A DNA stretch of 54,586 nt from contig CAZPWM010000010.1 of the NCBI GenBank assembly GCA_964590575.1, positions 1 through 54,586 of the forward strand, in the 5' to 3' direction. This document shows positions 10,278 to 19,886 of the stretch, in pieces (position 1 is the stretch's first letter; every line of letters starts with the position of its first letter). The notes below the pieces were generated by a model. It did not search any database. It was not told where the DNA came from and saw nothing but the letters and a program-made list of their open reading frames with translations. The DNA comes from an uncultured archaeon. Lineage in GTDB: Archaea; Asgardarchaeota; Thorarchaeia; Thorarchaeales; Thorarchaeaceae. The translations under genes and the position numbers were made by a program.

Positions 10278-10802
10278 ATGAAGTCACTATTCATTGGGCG
10301 TTTTCAGCCAATCCACAAGGGACACATTCATACAATAAAGCAAATCTTAGCCAAGAATGAAGACATAATCATCGTCGTTGGCAGCTCCCAATACTCTCAC
10401 ACTCCAGATAATCCATTCACAGGCGGTGAGAGACTGATGCTCATGAAGCGTGCATTGATTGATGAAAATCTCCCCCTTGAGCGTATCACGATAGTCCCCC
10501 TTTCAGACATTAATATTCATCCTCTCTGGGTAAGCCATATGCGATCCTTTGTACCTTATTTTGACAAGGCATACAGCCACAATCCCTTGGTCAAAAGACT
10601 CCTTGAGGAAGGTGGTATTAAGACAGACTCTACGAAGCTACTTGAGCGCTCCCAATACAGTGCGAGTCACATCCGTGATCTGATACGATGGGGGAATGAT
10701 GAGTGGGAATCTCTTGTTCCTGAGGGCGCAGTAGCCTTGATTAAAGAGTATAAACTAGACGAGCGCATTCGAGAAGTTGGTGAGAATCGCACGAAAAGGT
10801 AA
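10278..10802 (+). CDS. nadM: Nicotinamide-nucleotide adenylyltransferase
   Basis: FIGRFQPIHKGH, GSSQYSH..DNPFT.GER, W..LVP. Confidence 0.92.
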   Translation: MKSLFIGRFQPIHKGHIHTIKQILAKNEDIIIVVGSSQYSHTPDNPFTGGERLMLMKRALIDENLPLERITIVPLSDINIHPLWVSHMRSFVPYFDKAYSHNPLVKRLLEEGGIKTDSTKLLERSQYSASHIRDLIRWGNDEWESLVPEGAVALIKEYKLDERIREVGENRTKR

Positions 10803-10953
10803 GTTTTCTTGCCCAATTCTTTAAATAGCCGCCTCAAAGCAAGAGATTTGGTGAACGTCGATGCTAGGTGAATGCGTTCCGAAACTTCATTAAACAACTC
10901 ATTCTCAGTCCTAGTCAGTTCCATGTGTCACAAATAATGCAGAGGATGCTATC

Positions 10954-12432
10954 ATGAGCAGTGAAAAAAACGATACAAAGCAAGTCATCTTTGACATGGA
11001 CAAAGAGAACAACTTCCCTGATTGGTATACTGAAATCTGTCGAGTAGCTGAACTCGCTGATGTCAGATATGGCGTAAAAGGGTTCACTCCATTTCCACCT
11101 TGGAGCTTCATGAGCATGAACCTGATGTTTGAGATCTTGGAAGATGTTCTCCAGCGTAAGGACCACCTGCCCATGTATTTTCCTACTGTGATTCCTGAGG
11201 CTAATCTGACAAGAGAGGCTAAACATGTTGAGGGCTTTACGCCTCAAGTCTTCTGGATTGAAGAGATTGGTGCAGGTGAGAAATTGGAAGAGCGGCTAGC
11301 GTTAAGACCTACAAGTGAAACCGCTATCTATCCTATGTACTCACTCTGGGTACGTAGTTGGCGAGACCTGCCTATGAAGAGATATCAACGATGCTCTGTT
11401 TTCAGGTCAGAGATCAAGAGTACTCGCCCATTTCTTCGTGGAAGAGAATTTCTCTGGATTGAGAGTCATAATGTCTATGCCACGCATGAAGAGACCAAGG
11501 CACAGGTCATGGAAGATTTGGAAACAACAAAGGAAGTCTGTACTGATAACTTCAGACTACCTGTTATGGTGTTTCGAAGGACTCAGTGGGACAAATTCCC
11601 TGGTGGTCTAAACACGTATGCAGCAGACACGTTAATGCCCGATGGTAAGGTGATTCAATTACCCTCAACTCATGACTTAGGTGACAACTTTGCCAAGGCA
11701 TTTGACATTACGTACCTAAACAAGGACAATGAGATAGTTCATGCATGGCAGACATGCTATGGACCTGCAATCTCCAGAATCTATGGCGCGATGATTTCAG
11801 TACATGGTGACAACAAAGGACTAAGGCTACCCTACAAGGTTGCTCCCTATCAAGTTGTGATTGTACCTATCTTCAAGGGTAAAGATGTTGATGTAGTGTT
11901 GAACTACTGTTTGGACATCAAGAAAACGTTGAAGAAAGCAGGAATCCGGGTCCATCTTGATGATAGTGATGATACCCCTGGACGGAAGTACAACTACTGG
12001 GAGATGAAAGGAGTTCCCATAAGAGTAGAGGCTGGTCCTCGTGATATCAAGCAGAACAAAGTAGTCTTGTTCCGTCGTGACACACTGAAGCGTGAAACTT
12101 TGAATCTGGATCAATTGAAGAAGCGAGTACCAACGCTTGGAAAGGAGATTGATGATAACCTTCTCAAAATGGCTGAAGCCAAATTCGAAGGTCTCGTCGT
12201 CGACGCAGAACGTTTTGGCGAAATAGATGATGCTTTAGACCATGGGAAAATCGCACGAGTCCCCTTCTGTTCCATAGAAATGGATGGATATTCTTGCGCT
12301 GAACAGGTCGAGAAGAATACCAGAGGCGAGATTCGTGGAACTCGAATCGATATTGATGAAAAACCCGAAGGTCTCTGTGTTGGGTGTGGGAAAGTAGCCA
12401 AAGAGGTCGTTTATATAGCAAGGTCCTACTAG
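10954..12432 (+). CDS. proS: Proline--tRNA ligase, archaeal/eukaryotic type
   Basis: HVEGF.PQV, LRPTSET, FLRGREFLW.E.H, GVPIRVE.GPRD, C-terminal ARSY. Confidence 0.97.
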   Translation: MSSEKNDTKQVIFDMDKENNFPDWYTEICRVAELADVRYGVKGFTPFPPWSFMSMNLMFEILEDVLQRKDHLPMYFPTVIPEANLTREAKHVEGFTPQVFWIEEIGAGEKLEERLALRPTSETAIYPMYSLWVRSWRDLPMKRYQRCSVFRSEIKSTRPFLRGREFLWIESHNVYATHEETKAQVMEDLETTKEVCTDNFRLPVMVFRRTQWDKFPGGLNTYAADTLMPDGKVIQLPSTHDLGDNFAKAFDITYLNKDNEIVHAWQTCYGPAISRIYGAMISVHGDNKGLRLPYKVAPYQVVIVPIFKGKDVDVVLNYCLDIKKTLKKAGIRVHLDDSDDTPGRKYNYWEMKGVPIRVEAGPRDIKQNKVVLFRRDTLKRETLNLDQLKKRVPTLGKEIDDNLLKMAEAKFEGLVVDAERFGEIDDALDHGKIARVPFCSIEMDGYSCAEQVEKNTRGEIRGTRIDIDEKPEGLCVGCGKVAKEVVYIARSY

Positions 12433-12486
12433 AGTAAAAGTCAATGGGCTTCCAAGAATTATCAATGAGAAACCATAGGGCCTTTT

Positions 12487-13485
12487 TTGGGAGTTGAGCG
12501 GATGAAAATACTTGTTCCTTATCCTGATGAGCTTGTCAAGATTTTCAAAGATATAATTGGTGACGAAGCTGAAATTGTTCAATCAGAACTGTCGGTAGAA
12601 TCAATGCTTGAACATGGTAGGGATGTGGAAATCATAGCATCTGTTAGCGTTCCAGGTGAATATATTCGGAGAGCATCGAGTCTTCGTATGATTCAGACAT
12701 TTGGAGCTGGAATCGATAGAGTAGATCTTGATGCTGTGAGAGCGCGTGGCGATATCATTCTCTGTAATAATCATGTCAACTCTGCAGAAGTTGCTGAATA
12801 TGCAATTTCGCTACTTTTCGCGGTTGCCAAGAATCTCATTCCAAGTGATAGAGAACTTAGGATTGGGAATTGGATTCACAGATGGGGCGGCCCTGTTCCA
12901 AACCTTGAGATTCGAGGAAAGAATGTGCTCATTATTGGGTTGGGCCATATTGGTGCTGATATTGCCAAGAGGTTGAAGTCATTTGAAGTCACGATTACTG
13001 CTGCCACTCGTAGTGGAACTTCGAGGAATGATGGTCTTGTGAATCACGTCGCTAGTATAGATGAAGTTCAACCCTTTGTCAAGGACGCAGATTTTGTCAT
13101 CCTATCACTACCACTAACAGATGAGTCCGTGGGGCTTGTCAGTAGAGAGTTTCTCTCTTGGATGAAACCAACCTCCATCCTAGTGAACATATCTCGTGCT
13201 CAGATAATTGATGAGTTAGCACTCTATGATGTGCTAAAGGAAAAACGGATTCATGGTGCAGGAATTGATGTGTGGTGGAGATATCCCACAAAATGGCGCG
13301 GAACAGCAGTTCCACCAGCTGATGTACCGTTCCACGAACTCGATAACATTGTGATCTCACCCCATAGGGCAGCATACTCTGAGCATATTGAACATGAATT
13401 ATACCTGTTTGCAGCAGAAAACACACTCAGATTCATTCGTGGTGAAACTCCCATGAACATCATTGACCTCGAACGAGGCTATTAA
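12487..13485 (+). CDS. D-2-hydroxyacid dehydrogenase family protein
   Basis: GAGID, VAEY, GLGHIG, LVNISR, DVWW, SPH. Confidence 0.9.
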   Translation: MGVERMKILVPYPDELVKIFKDIIGDEAEIVQSELSVESMLEHGRDVEIIASVSVPGEYIRRASSLRMIQTFGAGIDRVDLDAVRARGDIILCNNHVNSAEVAEYAISLLFAVAKNLIPSDRELRIGNWIHRWGGPVPNLEIRGKNVLIIGLGHIGADIAKRLKSFEVTITAATRSGTSRNDGLVNHVASIDEVQPFVKDADFVILSLPLTDESVGLVSREFLSWMKPTSILVNISRAQIIDELALYDVLKEKRIHGAGIDVWWRYPTKWRGTAVPPADVPFHELDNIVISPHRAAYSEHIEHELYLFAAENTLRFIRGETPMNIIDLERGY

Positions 13486-13559
13486 CCCTCTACAGATAGA
13501 AAATGTAGGAGAACTTCAATCCCCCCGACACATCAGATTATAATAGGGAGTATAGTCTC

Positions 13560-15848
13560 ATGGCGCGTACATTATACCTCTGTGAGTCAGAGGGTCAAGA
13601 CTTTAAGGAAGACATCAATCCACGCAGAAGAAACAGGCAGTATTCGGGTGACGACACATTGACCCTAGAAAGTCTTTCAGATATACCTGGCGTAGGCGAG
13701 AAAGTAAAACAAGCTCTGATTGAGCACTTTGGGAGTGAAACAGTAGCACTCAAAGTGATTCATGATTCGCGAGTTGACCTAGTAGCTGCTGTACCAGGCA
13801 TTGGTTCAAGGCAGGCTGTTAACCTTGTCAAAGGCGCATTTGAGAAGGAATTTGGTGCTAGCTCGAATATGCTGCTAAGAAGTCAAGATATTCGGAAAAT
13901 ATACGAGTCAAGTCTTGATATCATTCGAGAGTATGCAAACACTACCTATGCAAAGGACAAGTTATTCCTCTACTTCCCACTACCTCCAAGTAAGACAGAT
14001 GTCATCCTTGAGAGACAGAAATACTTTGCTGATGCTGCTGAGATGGCAAGAGGACTTTCAAATGATCAACGGGCGAATCTAAAAAACCTACTAAGTCAGG
14101 TTAGAGGTCTCTATCGCAGGATCAAGCCTCGTAGATTAGAGGGTCGTGTGATTATCACAAACGATGACAAAGTGTTTGATAGCTTAATCAAGGAAGGAGT
14201 GGACCGGTGGTGCCCCGTGTATGTTCTGTCCGAGGGCGAGAGTGGGGCTGACTACGCTCAAGGTTATGATTTAGTTCTCTATATATCTCCCCTAGGAGTT
14301 TATGACGAGTCAGTAGACATGCTTGACAATGTAGAAATTCTTGGGAAGGATTGGTCACTCGAGGATGTTTTACCAGAGAAAACGGTGAGTTTCTACGCTC
14401 GTAACTATCGAGTGATTGATGCATCATGTCAAATTGTTGAAGCATTCAACGAAATTCCTACAAATGACTCAGTTTCTACATTCACTTCGGGTCTAGACTT
14501 CGACAAACTCAACAAGGTGGGTGAGATTCTCAGGAATCTAGATGAGAATGGAGACCTAGCTCAGGGAATCGATGCAGAACTTGATCGCTACCGAAATGCG
14601 GTAAAGGTGTTCCCAACCGCTATAGCTGAAACTGAAGCTTGGTTGAATGAGGAGATAACCTCTCGAATTTCAAAGAGCCAGGTCACACTGGGTGGTCAAC
14701 AAATCATCAGTATTCTGCAGTCAGCAGATATGGAAGGAGCCGATGGAAACGCTCTGAGAAACATGCTACCAGCTGAGATTGTTGAAACTTTCACAACTAC
14801 CCTTCAGGAAGCGGAGGACAAGCTTGTTCAAATGTTGGGTCTCACTGCACGAGAATCTGACTGGGTGACTGGTATCATCAGCGAAGAGATCTCCTTACCT
14901 GCAAAGATGATGACTGCGCAAATCAACGACCTCGAGGATAAGCTCAGACGCATTTTTGCTGACAAGCAGTTTCGACTCATCAAGAAACTCGCAAACGAGC
15001 TTGATCAACTTAAGGGAGTTGTAACAGAGACTGTCCAGACTCTTTTAGAGTTTGATCTGTTCCTTGCAGTAGGTCTATTCTCTGTGGATTATTCATTGCA
15101 CACACCTGATATCTCACTTGAATACTCAGGAGTCGGCGTACAGAAAGCCACCAATCTATTCTTGACTGAAAGTTATCTCAAAGGAAAACACGGAGTTGTT
15201 GAACCCATCGACTATTCCATTGGTAAAACGCCTTTCCAACCTGCGGGAACAAATGGAGAGAACTGTGCTATCCTATCGGGTGCAAATAGTGGTGGGAAGA
15301 CCACCGTGATACAGACCCTCGCGCAAATAGTCATATTGGCTCAATCCGGATTTCCTGTACCAGCCGAGAAGGCGTATCTTCCTGTCTTTGAGGAGCTTTA
15401 CTTCTTCTACAAGAGCAGAGGTATGGTCAGTGCTGGTGCTTTTGAAACCACTCTGAAACAGTTTGCTGAGATTGTCGTATCTGAAAAGGCGAAATTAGCA
15501 CTGTTTGATGAAGTTGAAGCAATCACAGAACCCGGTAGTGCCGCCAATGTCATTGCTGGTCTCATTGAGATTCTTCAAAGTGATCCCAACACCTCAACAG
15601 TCCTCTGTAGCCACCTTGCTAGAGAGATAGCTGAAGTGACAGACGCTCCCATCAGAGTAGATGGCATCGAAGCGAAAGGTCTTGACGAGAATCTTGAGCT
15701 TATCGTAGACAGAACTCCTAAATTTGGTGTACATGCCCGTAGCACACCTGAACTCATTGTTGAAAGACTCTCAAAACTAGCCAAAAGTCCCAAGAAGGAA
15801 GTCTACACTAAGATATTGGACAATCTCACCAGAGTTCGGACCAAATGA
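13560..15848 (+). CDS. Archaeal MutS-family ATPase with N-terminal helix-hairpin-helix
   Basis: IPGVGEK and VPGIG HhH motifs; SGANSGGKTT Walker A; AGAFE; LFDEVEAITEPG; SHL. Confidence 0.85.
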   Translation: MARTLYLCESEGQDFKEDINPRRRNRQYSGDDTLTLESLSDIPGVGEKVKQALIEHFGSETVALKVIHDSRVDLVAAVPGIGSRQAVNLVKGAFEKEFGASSNMLLRSQDIRKIYESSLDIIREYANTTYAKDKLFLYFPLPPSKTDVILERQKYFADAAEMARGLSNDQRANLKNLLSQVRGLYRRIKPRRLEGRVIITNDDKVFDSLIKEGVDRWCPVYVLSEGESGADYAQGYDLVLYISPLGVYDESVDMLDNVEILGKDWSLEDVLPEKTVSFYARNYRVIDASCQIVEAFNEIPTNDSVSTFTSGLDFDKLNKVGEILRNLDENGDLAQGIDAELDRYRNAVKVFPTAIAETEAWLNEEITSRISKSQVTLGGQQIISILQSADMEGADGNALRNMLPAEIVETFTTTLQEAEDKLVQMLGLTARESDWVTGIISEEISLPAKMMTAQINDLEDKLRRIFADKQFRLIKKLANELDQLKGVVTETVQTLLEFDLFLAVGLFSVDYSLHTPDISLEYSGVGVQKATNLFLTESYLKGKHGVVEPIDYSIGKTPFQPAGTNGENCAILSGANSGGKTTVIQTLAQIVILAQSGFPVPAEKAYLPVFEELYFFYKSRGMVSAGAFETTLKQFAEIVVSEKAKLALFDEVEAITEPGSAANVIAGLIEILQSDPNTSTVLCSHLAREIAEVTDAPIRVDGIEAKGLDENLELIVDRTPKFGVHARSTPELIVERLSKLAKSPKKEVYTKILDNLTRVRTK

Positions 15849-16420
15849 GTCAATTAGTTCTCGTCTTTGGAGACGCCCATATTCCTTCCCGAAGAGACTG
15901 CATTCCTGAGGCATTCTATAATCACATACAACAGACCACCTATGACTTAGCTCTCATTACAGGAGATTTAGTACGTGAATCTGAGATGCGTTCTGCTCTT
16001 CCTCCCCTACCCAGAAGCTTTGTCGTTGTCGGGAACATGGATTATGGTAGCCAATATAACTTTCATGAACAGATTCAATTAGATGATTTCAACGTACTAC
16101 TTCTTCATGGGACACAACTACGACCACGTGGTAACATCAAACAACTATGGGCGATTATTCAAAAGATTGGAGCGGATGTAGCTATTCATGGACATACTCA
16201 TACAGCTTCCATTGAGCTTTACAAAGACCAATTGTTTCTGAATCCTGGAACAATCACAGGAGCCACTGGTGGGTGGGGCGGCAAGACCGATGCGAGTTTC
16301 ATCGAGCTTGAAGTGAGTAAGAATGAGTTATTGGTGAAACTATACCTCACTGACTGGAAAGTCGTGAAAGAATCGACTCTTCGATTTCAGAAACAAGAAC
16401 ACAAAATCCTGCGTTTCTAG
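15845..16420 (+). CDS. YfcE/Vps29-like metallophosphoesterase
   Basis: LVLVFGDAHIP.R, TGDL, GNMD, HG.Q..P.G, GHTH, NPG..TGA. Confidence 0.85.
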   Translation: MSQLVLVFGDAHIPSRRDCIPEAFYNHIQQTTYDLALITGDLVRESEMRSALPPLPRSFVVVGNMDYGSQYNFHEQIQLDDFNVLLLHGTQLRPRGNIKQLWAIIQKIGADVAIHGHTHTASIELYKDQLFLNPGTITGATGGWGGKTDASFIELEVSKNELLVKLYLTDWKVVKESTLRFQKQEHKILRF

Positions 16421-17034
16421 TATTCTCCCCAGGGATCCGGACTCAAGAGCCGCATGTAAATCCGCTTGAGAATATTGGCACTCTGAAGTACTGCAGTTTC
16501 AACTGTTCTCTGTCTATCAACGGTTTCTGATGATCCTTTGCCTGGACCAAGGATTTTTCCTAACCTGCCTTTCTTTGTTCCACTCTTCCCAGTCGTTTTT
16601 ACTTTCTCAGGAGTGACTTTTCCAATCTCCTCTTCAGGGAAGATATCCCGTGTGAATCTGAGTTCAGAAAAGAATGCAGATAGGGTTTCCTTGACTGCTA
16701 ATTTCTCCGGAGGTTCTTCTGGCAATTCAGACACTATGTTCAAAGCTCTCTTCCTGAGGTTTGTAGACAGGATTTCTTGAATCTCTTCTGCGAGGTCACG
16801 ATTCATTGCGCAAGCGATACCTATGTTGATCATGAGAATTCTAATCCGGTCAAGAAGGACTCCTGAGTCACTACCAATAAGTGACATACCCCTCATAGAC
16901 ACCAACCAGTCTTCGTAGGTCTGATTGACCATCAGCAAATCTTCTTCGAACTCGACCAATTTTTCCATCTCTCCAGGTGGAATCAATGAGCACCAAACTG
17001 TCATTGGGACATGGTCGTTGCTTTCTGGGGGCAT
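16417..17034 (-). CDS. Hypothetical protein
   Basis: Long ORF; start moved to MPPESN to avoid overlap with the divergent gene. Confidence 0.65.
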   Translation of the reverse strand: MPPESNDHVPMTVWCSLIPPGEMEKLVEFEEDLLMVNQTYEDWLVSMRGMSLIGSDSGVLLDRIRILMINIGIACAMNRDLAEEIQEILSTNLRKRALNIVSELPEEPPEKLAVKETLSAFFSELRFTRDIFPEEEIGKVTPEKVKTTGKSGTKKGRLGKILGPGKGSSETVDRQRTVETAVLQSANILKRIYMRLLSPDPWGEY

Positions 17035-17143
17035 GGTCTGGACCTTGGTATCATCCGTTTTCAGTATTACTTGTCTATGCTTTTTGCGTTGGTGAATTCC
17101 TTCTAATACTAGATTGACAAGCGTACTAGGGTTGGTGATTGGT

Positions 17144-17425
17144 GTGGTGAAGTACAAGGTTTCAATTGAAGTAATTGATATTCTGGGAGAAGGCAACTGC
17201 TCAATGGAACAGAAAGTGGGTGATACTTACAACTATCCTGAAGATAGAGGAAAAATGTGCCCTAGTTCGTTCTATATCCTCTTTCCGTGGATAATGGTAA
17301 TGGGGTCAGGTGGTAGTTTCACTGAGGAGGGAGATGGAAGTGACTTTATGACAACAGGTTGCCCTGATTATCTGCACCAGGTTGTATACAAGATTTCACG
17401 GAGAGAAGTTGATGAACAACCATAA
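17144..17425 (+). CDS. TIGR04076-like small protein
   Basis: G.C...KVGD, MCP..F..LFP and CPD motifs; GTG start after GGTGAT. Confidence 0.7.
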   Translation: MVKYKVSIEVIDILGEGNCSMEQKVGDTYNYPEDRGKMCPSSFYILFPWIMVMGSGGSFTEEGDGSDFMTTGCPDYLHQVVYKISRREVDEQP

Positions 17426-17792
17426 TCACGAAAATCGCTACTTCATCAGTACCGACATAGAGTTTGGTCCATTGCAACTGATTGACATCCCGAACCTGAT
17501 TGAGGAATCCGAAAAAGACTGGCAAAACTTCTCCCTCTGTGAGGTAAATGATTGTGTCGTTAGATTAGGTGTTATTCGTGGCGAGTTTCACTGGCATAAA
17601 CACGATAATGAAGACGAGTTCTTCTATGTGATTAACGGGTTATTGCAAATTGAAATAGAAGACAAGACCCACAATCTAAAACCCGGACAGGGCTTTATGG
17701 TGCCAAAAGGAACCCTCCATCGGACCAAAGCACCACACCGCACATCTATCTTGATGATTGAAGGGAGAACGGTTACTCCAACCGGTGATTAG
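17412..17792 (+). CDS. Cupin domain protein
   Basis: GEFHWHKHDNEDEFFYV..G, VPKG.LHRT. Confidence 0.9.
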   Translation: MNNHNHENRYFISTDIEFGPLQLIDIPNLIEESEKDWQNFSLCEVNDCVVRLGVIRGEFHWHKHDNEDEFFYVINGLLQIEIEDKTHNLKPGQGFMVPKGTLHRTKAPHRTSILMIEGRTVTPTGD

Positions 17793-17835
17793 AAGCATTG
17801 CATTCAAAAGATTGTTGCTGTAATTATACCAAGAG

Positions 17836-18702
17836 ATGCAAAACATAAGATCTCTTCGAGCTACCGATAAAGAAGACATCCTTGAGATTGCCAAACACAC
17901 TTGGGACGGACATGACTATCTTCCCTATTTCTTTGATGCTTGGATACATGACAGAAATTCACATACTGCTGCCATTGAGAAAGATGGACATGTCATAGCT
18001 TTGGCAAACCTTAGAGTGATTGAGAATGGTCGCACCGGATGGATGGAGGGGCTCCGTGTTCATCCTGATCACAGAGAACAGGGATTTGCATCGATTCTAA
18101 CGCATCATGTCGTTAAACTGGCAAAGGAAATCCCAGTTGAACGTATTCGTTATACAACCGCTGTTGATAATGAAACATCTCTCCATCTTGGAGAAGAAGT
18201 TGGGATGAAAAGAAAATTTGATCTTGCAGTTCATTGGCAAGACAAAATAGATGAGGTATCATGGAGTCCATCAGCTAGTCCAATCAGGGATGCTTCTATA
18301 GAGGAGTTATACCCTCATCTAATTGAGGCTAAATTGCTACCTCATAATGTGATTATCTATGATTGGAAAGCTCTAGATGTTTCGTATGATGCCTTAGAAA
18401 AGATAGCATCGCTCTCAAAACTCTGGGTGCAAATAATTGATGGAGTGATGGAGTCATTCTCTCTTGGTTTCATCAATGAGGATCCAAATGGACCACAATG
18501 GAGCTTCACAATCTATGCAAGAGATGACGCAAAATTCCTTGATCAGCTTGCACATCATATGAAGATGACTTCTGCTGCTGAATGCAAGACCATCTTTATG
18601 ACGTACCAAATGGACTTTGTAGACACACTCTATTCGCTTGATTGGGTGCACCCATTTGAGGACGAGGCGATGGCACTGACTCTTCTAGAGAGAGTTCTAT
18701 AG
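17836..18702 (+). CDS. GNAT family N-acetyltransferase
   Basis: W.GHDYLP, WMEGLRVHPDHREQGFAS acetyl-CoA binding motif. Confidence 0.85.
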   Translation: MQNIRSLRATDKEDILEIAKHTWDGHDYLPYFFDAWIHDRNSHTAAIEKDGHVIALANLRVIENGRTGWMEGLRVHPDHREQGFASILTHHVVKLAKEIPVERIRYTTAVDNETSLHLGEEVGMKRKFDLAVHWQDKIDEVSWSPSASPIRDASIEELYPHLIEAKLLPHNVIIYDWKALDVSYDALEKIASLSKLWVQIIDGVMESFSLGFINEDPNGPQWSFTIYARDDAKFLDQLAHHMKMTSAAECKTIFMTYQMDFVDTLYSLDWVHPFEDEAMALTLLERVL

Positions 18703-18719
18703 AAACTAAAATGAAGAAA

Positions 18720-18734
18720 TGGCACCGTGGTGGG
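18720..18734 (-). repeat. Degenerate tRNA 3'-end-like repeat (A0)
   Basis: Minus strand CCCACCACGGTGCCA then TTTCTTCAT; flank resembles that of A1. Confidence 0.4.
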
Positions 18735-18774
18735 CTAGCCACAATCAACATATGGGGTTTCCACTTCCCTAAAC

Positions 18775-19770
18775 TTGAAGAAAATGAGCGGGTTCAAAGT
18801 GGTCCTGGCAAGTGGTGCTGAGCATCTGAGAACAAGATTCTCTGAACTTGGGTTCCAAGTCTTCTCATCAGAGATGAACTTTGATGAAAAACGGTTCTTC
18901 CCTAACTCCGACCTCTATGTAAAAATAGCTAACATCGAAGAACTTGCTGACCAGAGGGTTGTTGTCGTTCAGAGCTGTACAGGTTCATCACCAGCTGCGA
19001 ATGAGTATTTTACGACATCTGACCGTATTCAAGAACTCATTCTTATCTTTGATATTCTAAAAAACCCCTGCAAGGTCGAAAAGATAGCTCACAAGACATA
19101 CAAAACCCACTCTCTAGCACAACCTAGAAGCATTGATGTTGTACTCACTTTCCAGCCTTTTGCACTTCAGGATAAAGCGTTCAGCACTGGAGAGGCAGTG
19201 TCAAGTCGGTGTGCAATGCAATCAATTGCAAATCTCTGTGATAGACTGTGGCTTGTAGAACCGGTTGTAGACAGAGCTCTGCCTTGGGTCGAAGAACTAG
19301 CTGCGCAAGGAAAGTATCAGATGATTAACTTCACTCAGGACATCATTGAATATGCCGCAGCTAAATTCGGGTTCACGGAATATGTCTTAACGGCTCCTGA
19401 TGAAGGCGCACAGAAAAGATTCGGGGTGCCTGGCTTTAGCAAACGCCGCTCTGATTCCTTTACGATAGATATGACAGGAGAGCTCGATGTTTCAGGCAAA
19501 AACGTCATCATTTTGGATGACCTCACTAAGAGTGGGAAGACGCTCCTAAGAGCTGCAGACATGATGCGAAATCAAGGAGCCGCTGATGTTGGGTTCATCG
19601 TCCTGCATGTAACACCTATTCGTGATGGGGGTGAGAGATTGTTGACAGACCTGATTGCTAAGAGCAACAACAAAATCATTACCTCAAATACCGTTCATAC
19701 TGTGGCTTTCTGTGATGAGAACCCAGAACTCGTGTATGACATAGTCGAGAAACTTGTAGACAATCTCTAG
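18775..19770 (+). CDS. Divergent ribose-phosphate pyrophosphokinase-like phosphoribosyltransferase
   Basis: FPNSDLYVKI, VVQS, ALQDKAF..GEAVS, APDEGA, IILDDLTKSGKTL PRPP-binding loop. Confidence 0.75.
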   Translation: MKKMSGFKVVLASGAEHLRTRFSELGFQVFSSEMNFDEKRFFPNSDLYVKIANIEELADQRVVVVQSCTGSSPAANEYFTTSDRIQELILIFDILKNPCKVEKIAHKTYKTHSLAQPRSIDVVLTFQPFALQDKAFSTGEAVSSRCAMQSIANLCDRLWLVEPVVDRALPWVEELAAQGKYQMINFTQDIIEYAAAKFGFTEYVLTAPDEGAQKRFGVPGFSKRRSDSFTIDMTGELDVSGKNVIILDDLTKSGKTLLRAADMMRNQGAADVGFIVLHVTPIRDGGERLLTDLIAKSNNKIITSNTVHTVAFCDENPELVYDIVEKLVDNL

Positions 19771-19791
19771 CTACATTGAAAGATGAAGAGA

Positions 19792-19806
19792 TGGCGCCGC
19801 CGGTAG
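19792..19806 (-). repeat. tRNA-Asn 3'-end fragment (A1)
   Basis: CTACCGGCGGCGCCA, 14/15 match to tRNA-Asn 26053-26067, followed by a pyrimidine tract. Confidence 0.9.
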
Positions 19807-19886
19807 TCACTCATCCAAAAATTGACTCAACTCAACCTTTGGCGATTCAACCCAATCGAAATTCTTGTCCTGAGTGACCAATGGTT
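19807..19886 (-). pseudogene. Possible C-terminal gene remnant (PIN-like tail) ending at A1
   Basis: Frame PLVTQDKNFDWVESPKVELSQFLDE*; its TGA abuts the repeat. Confidence 0.35.
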
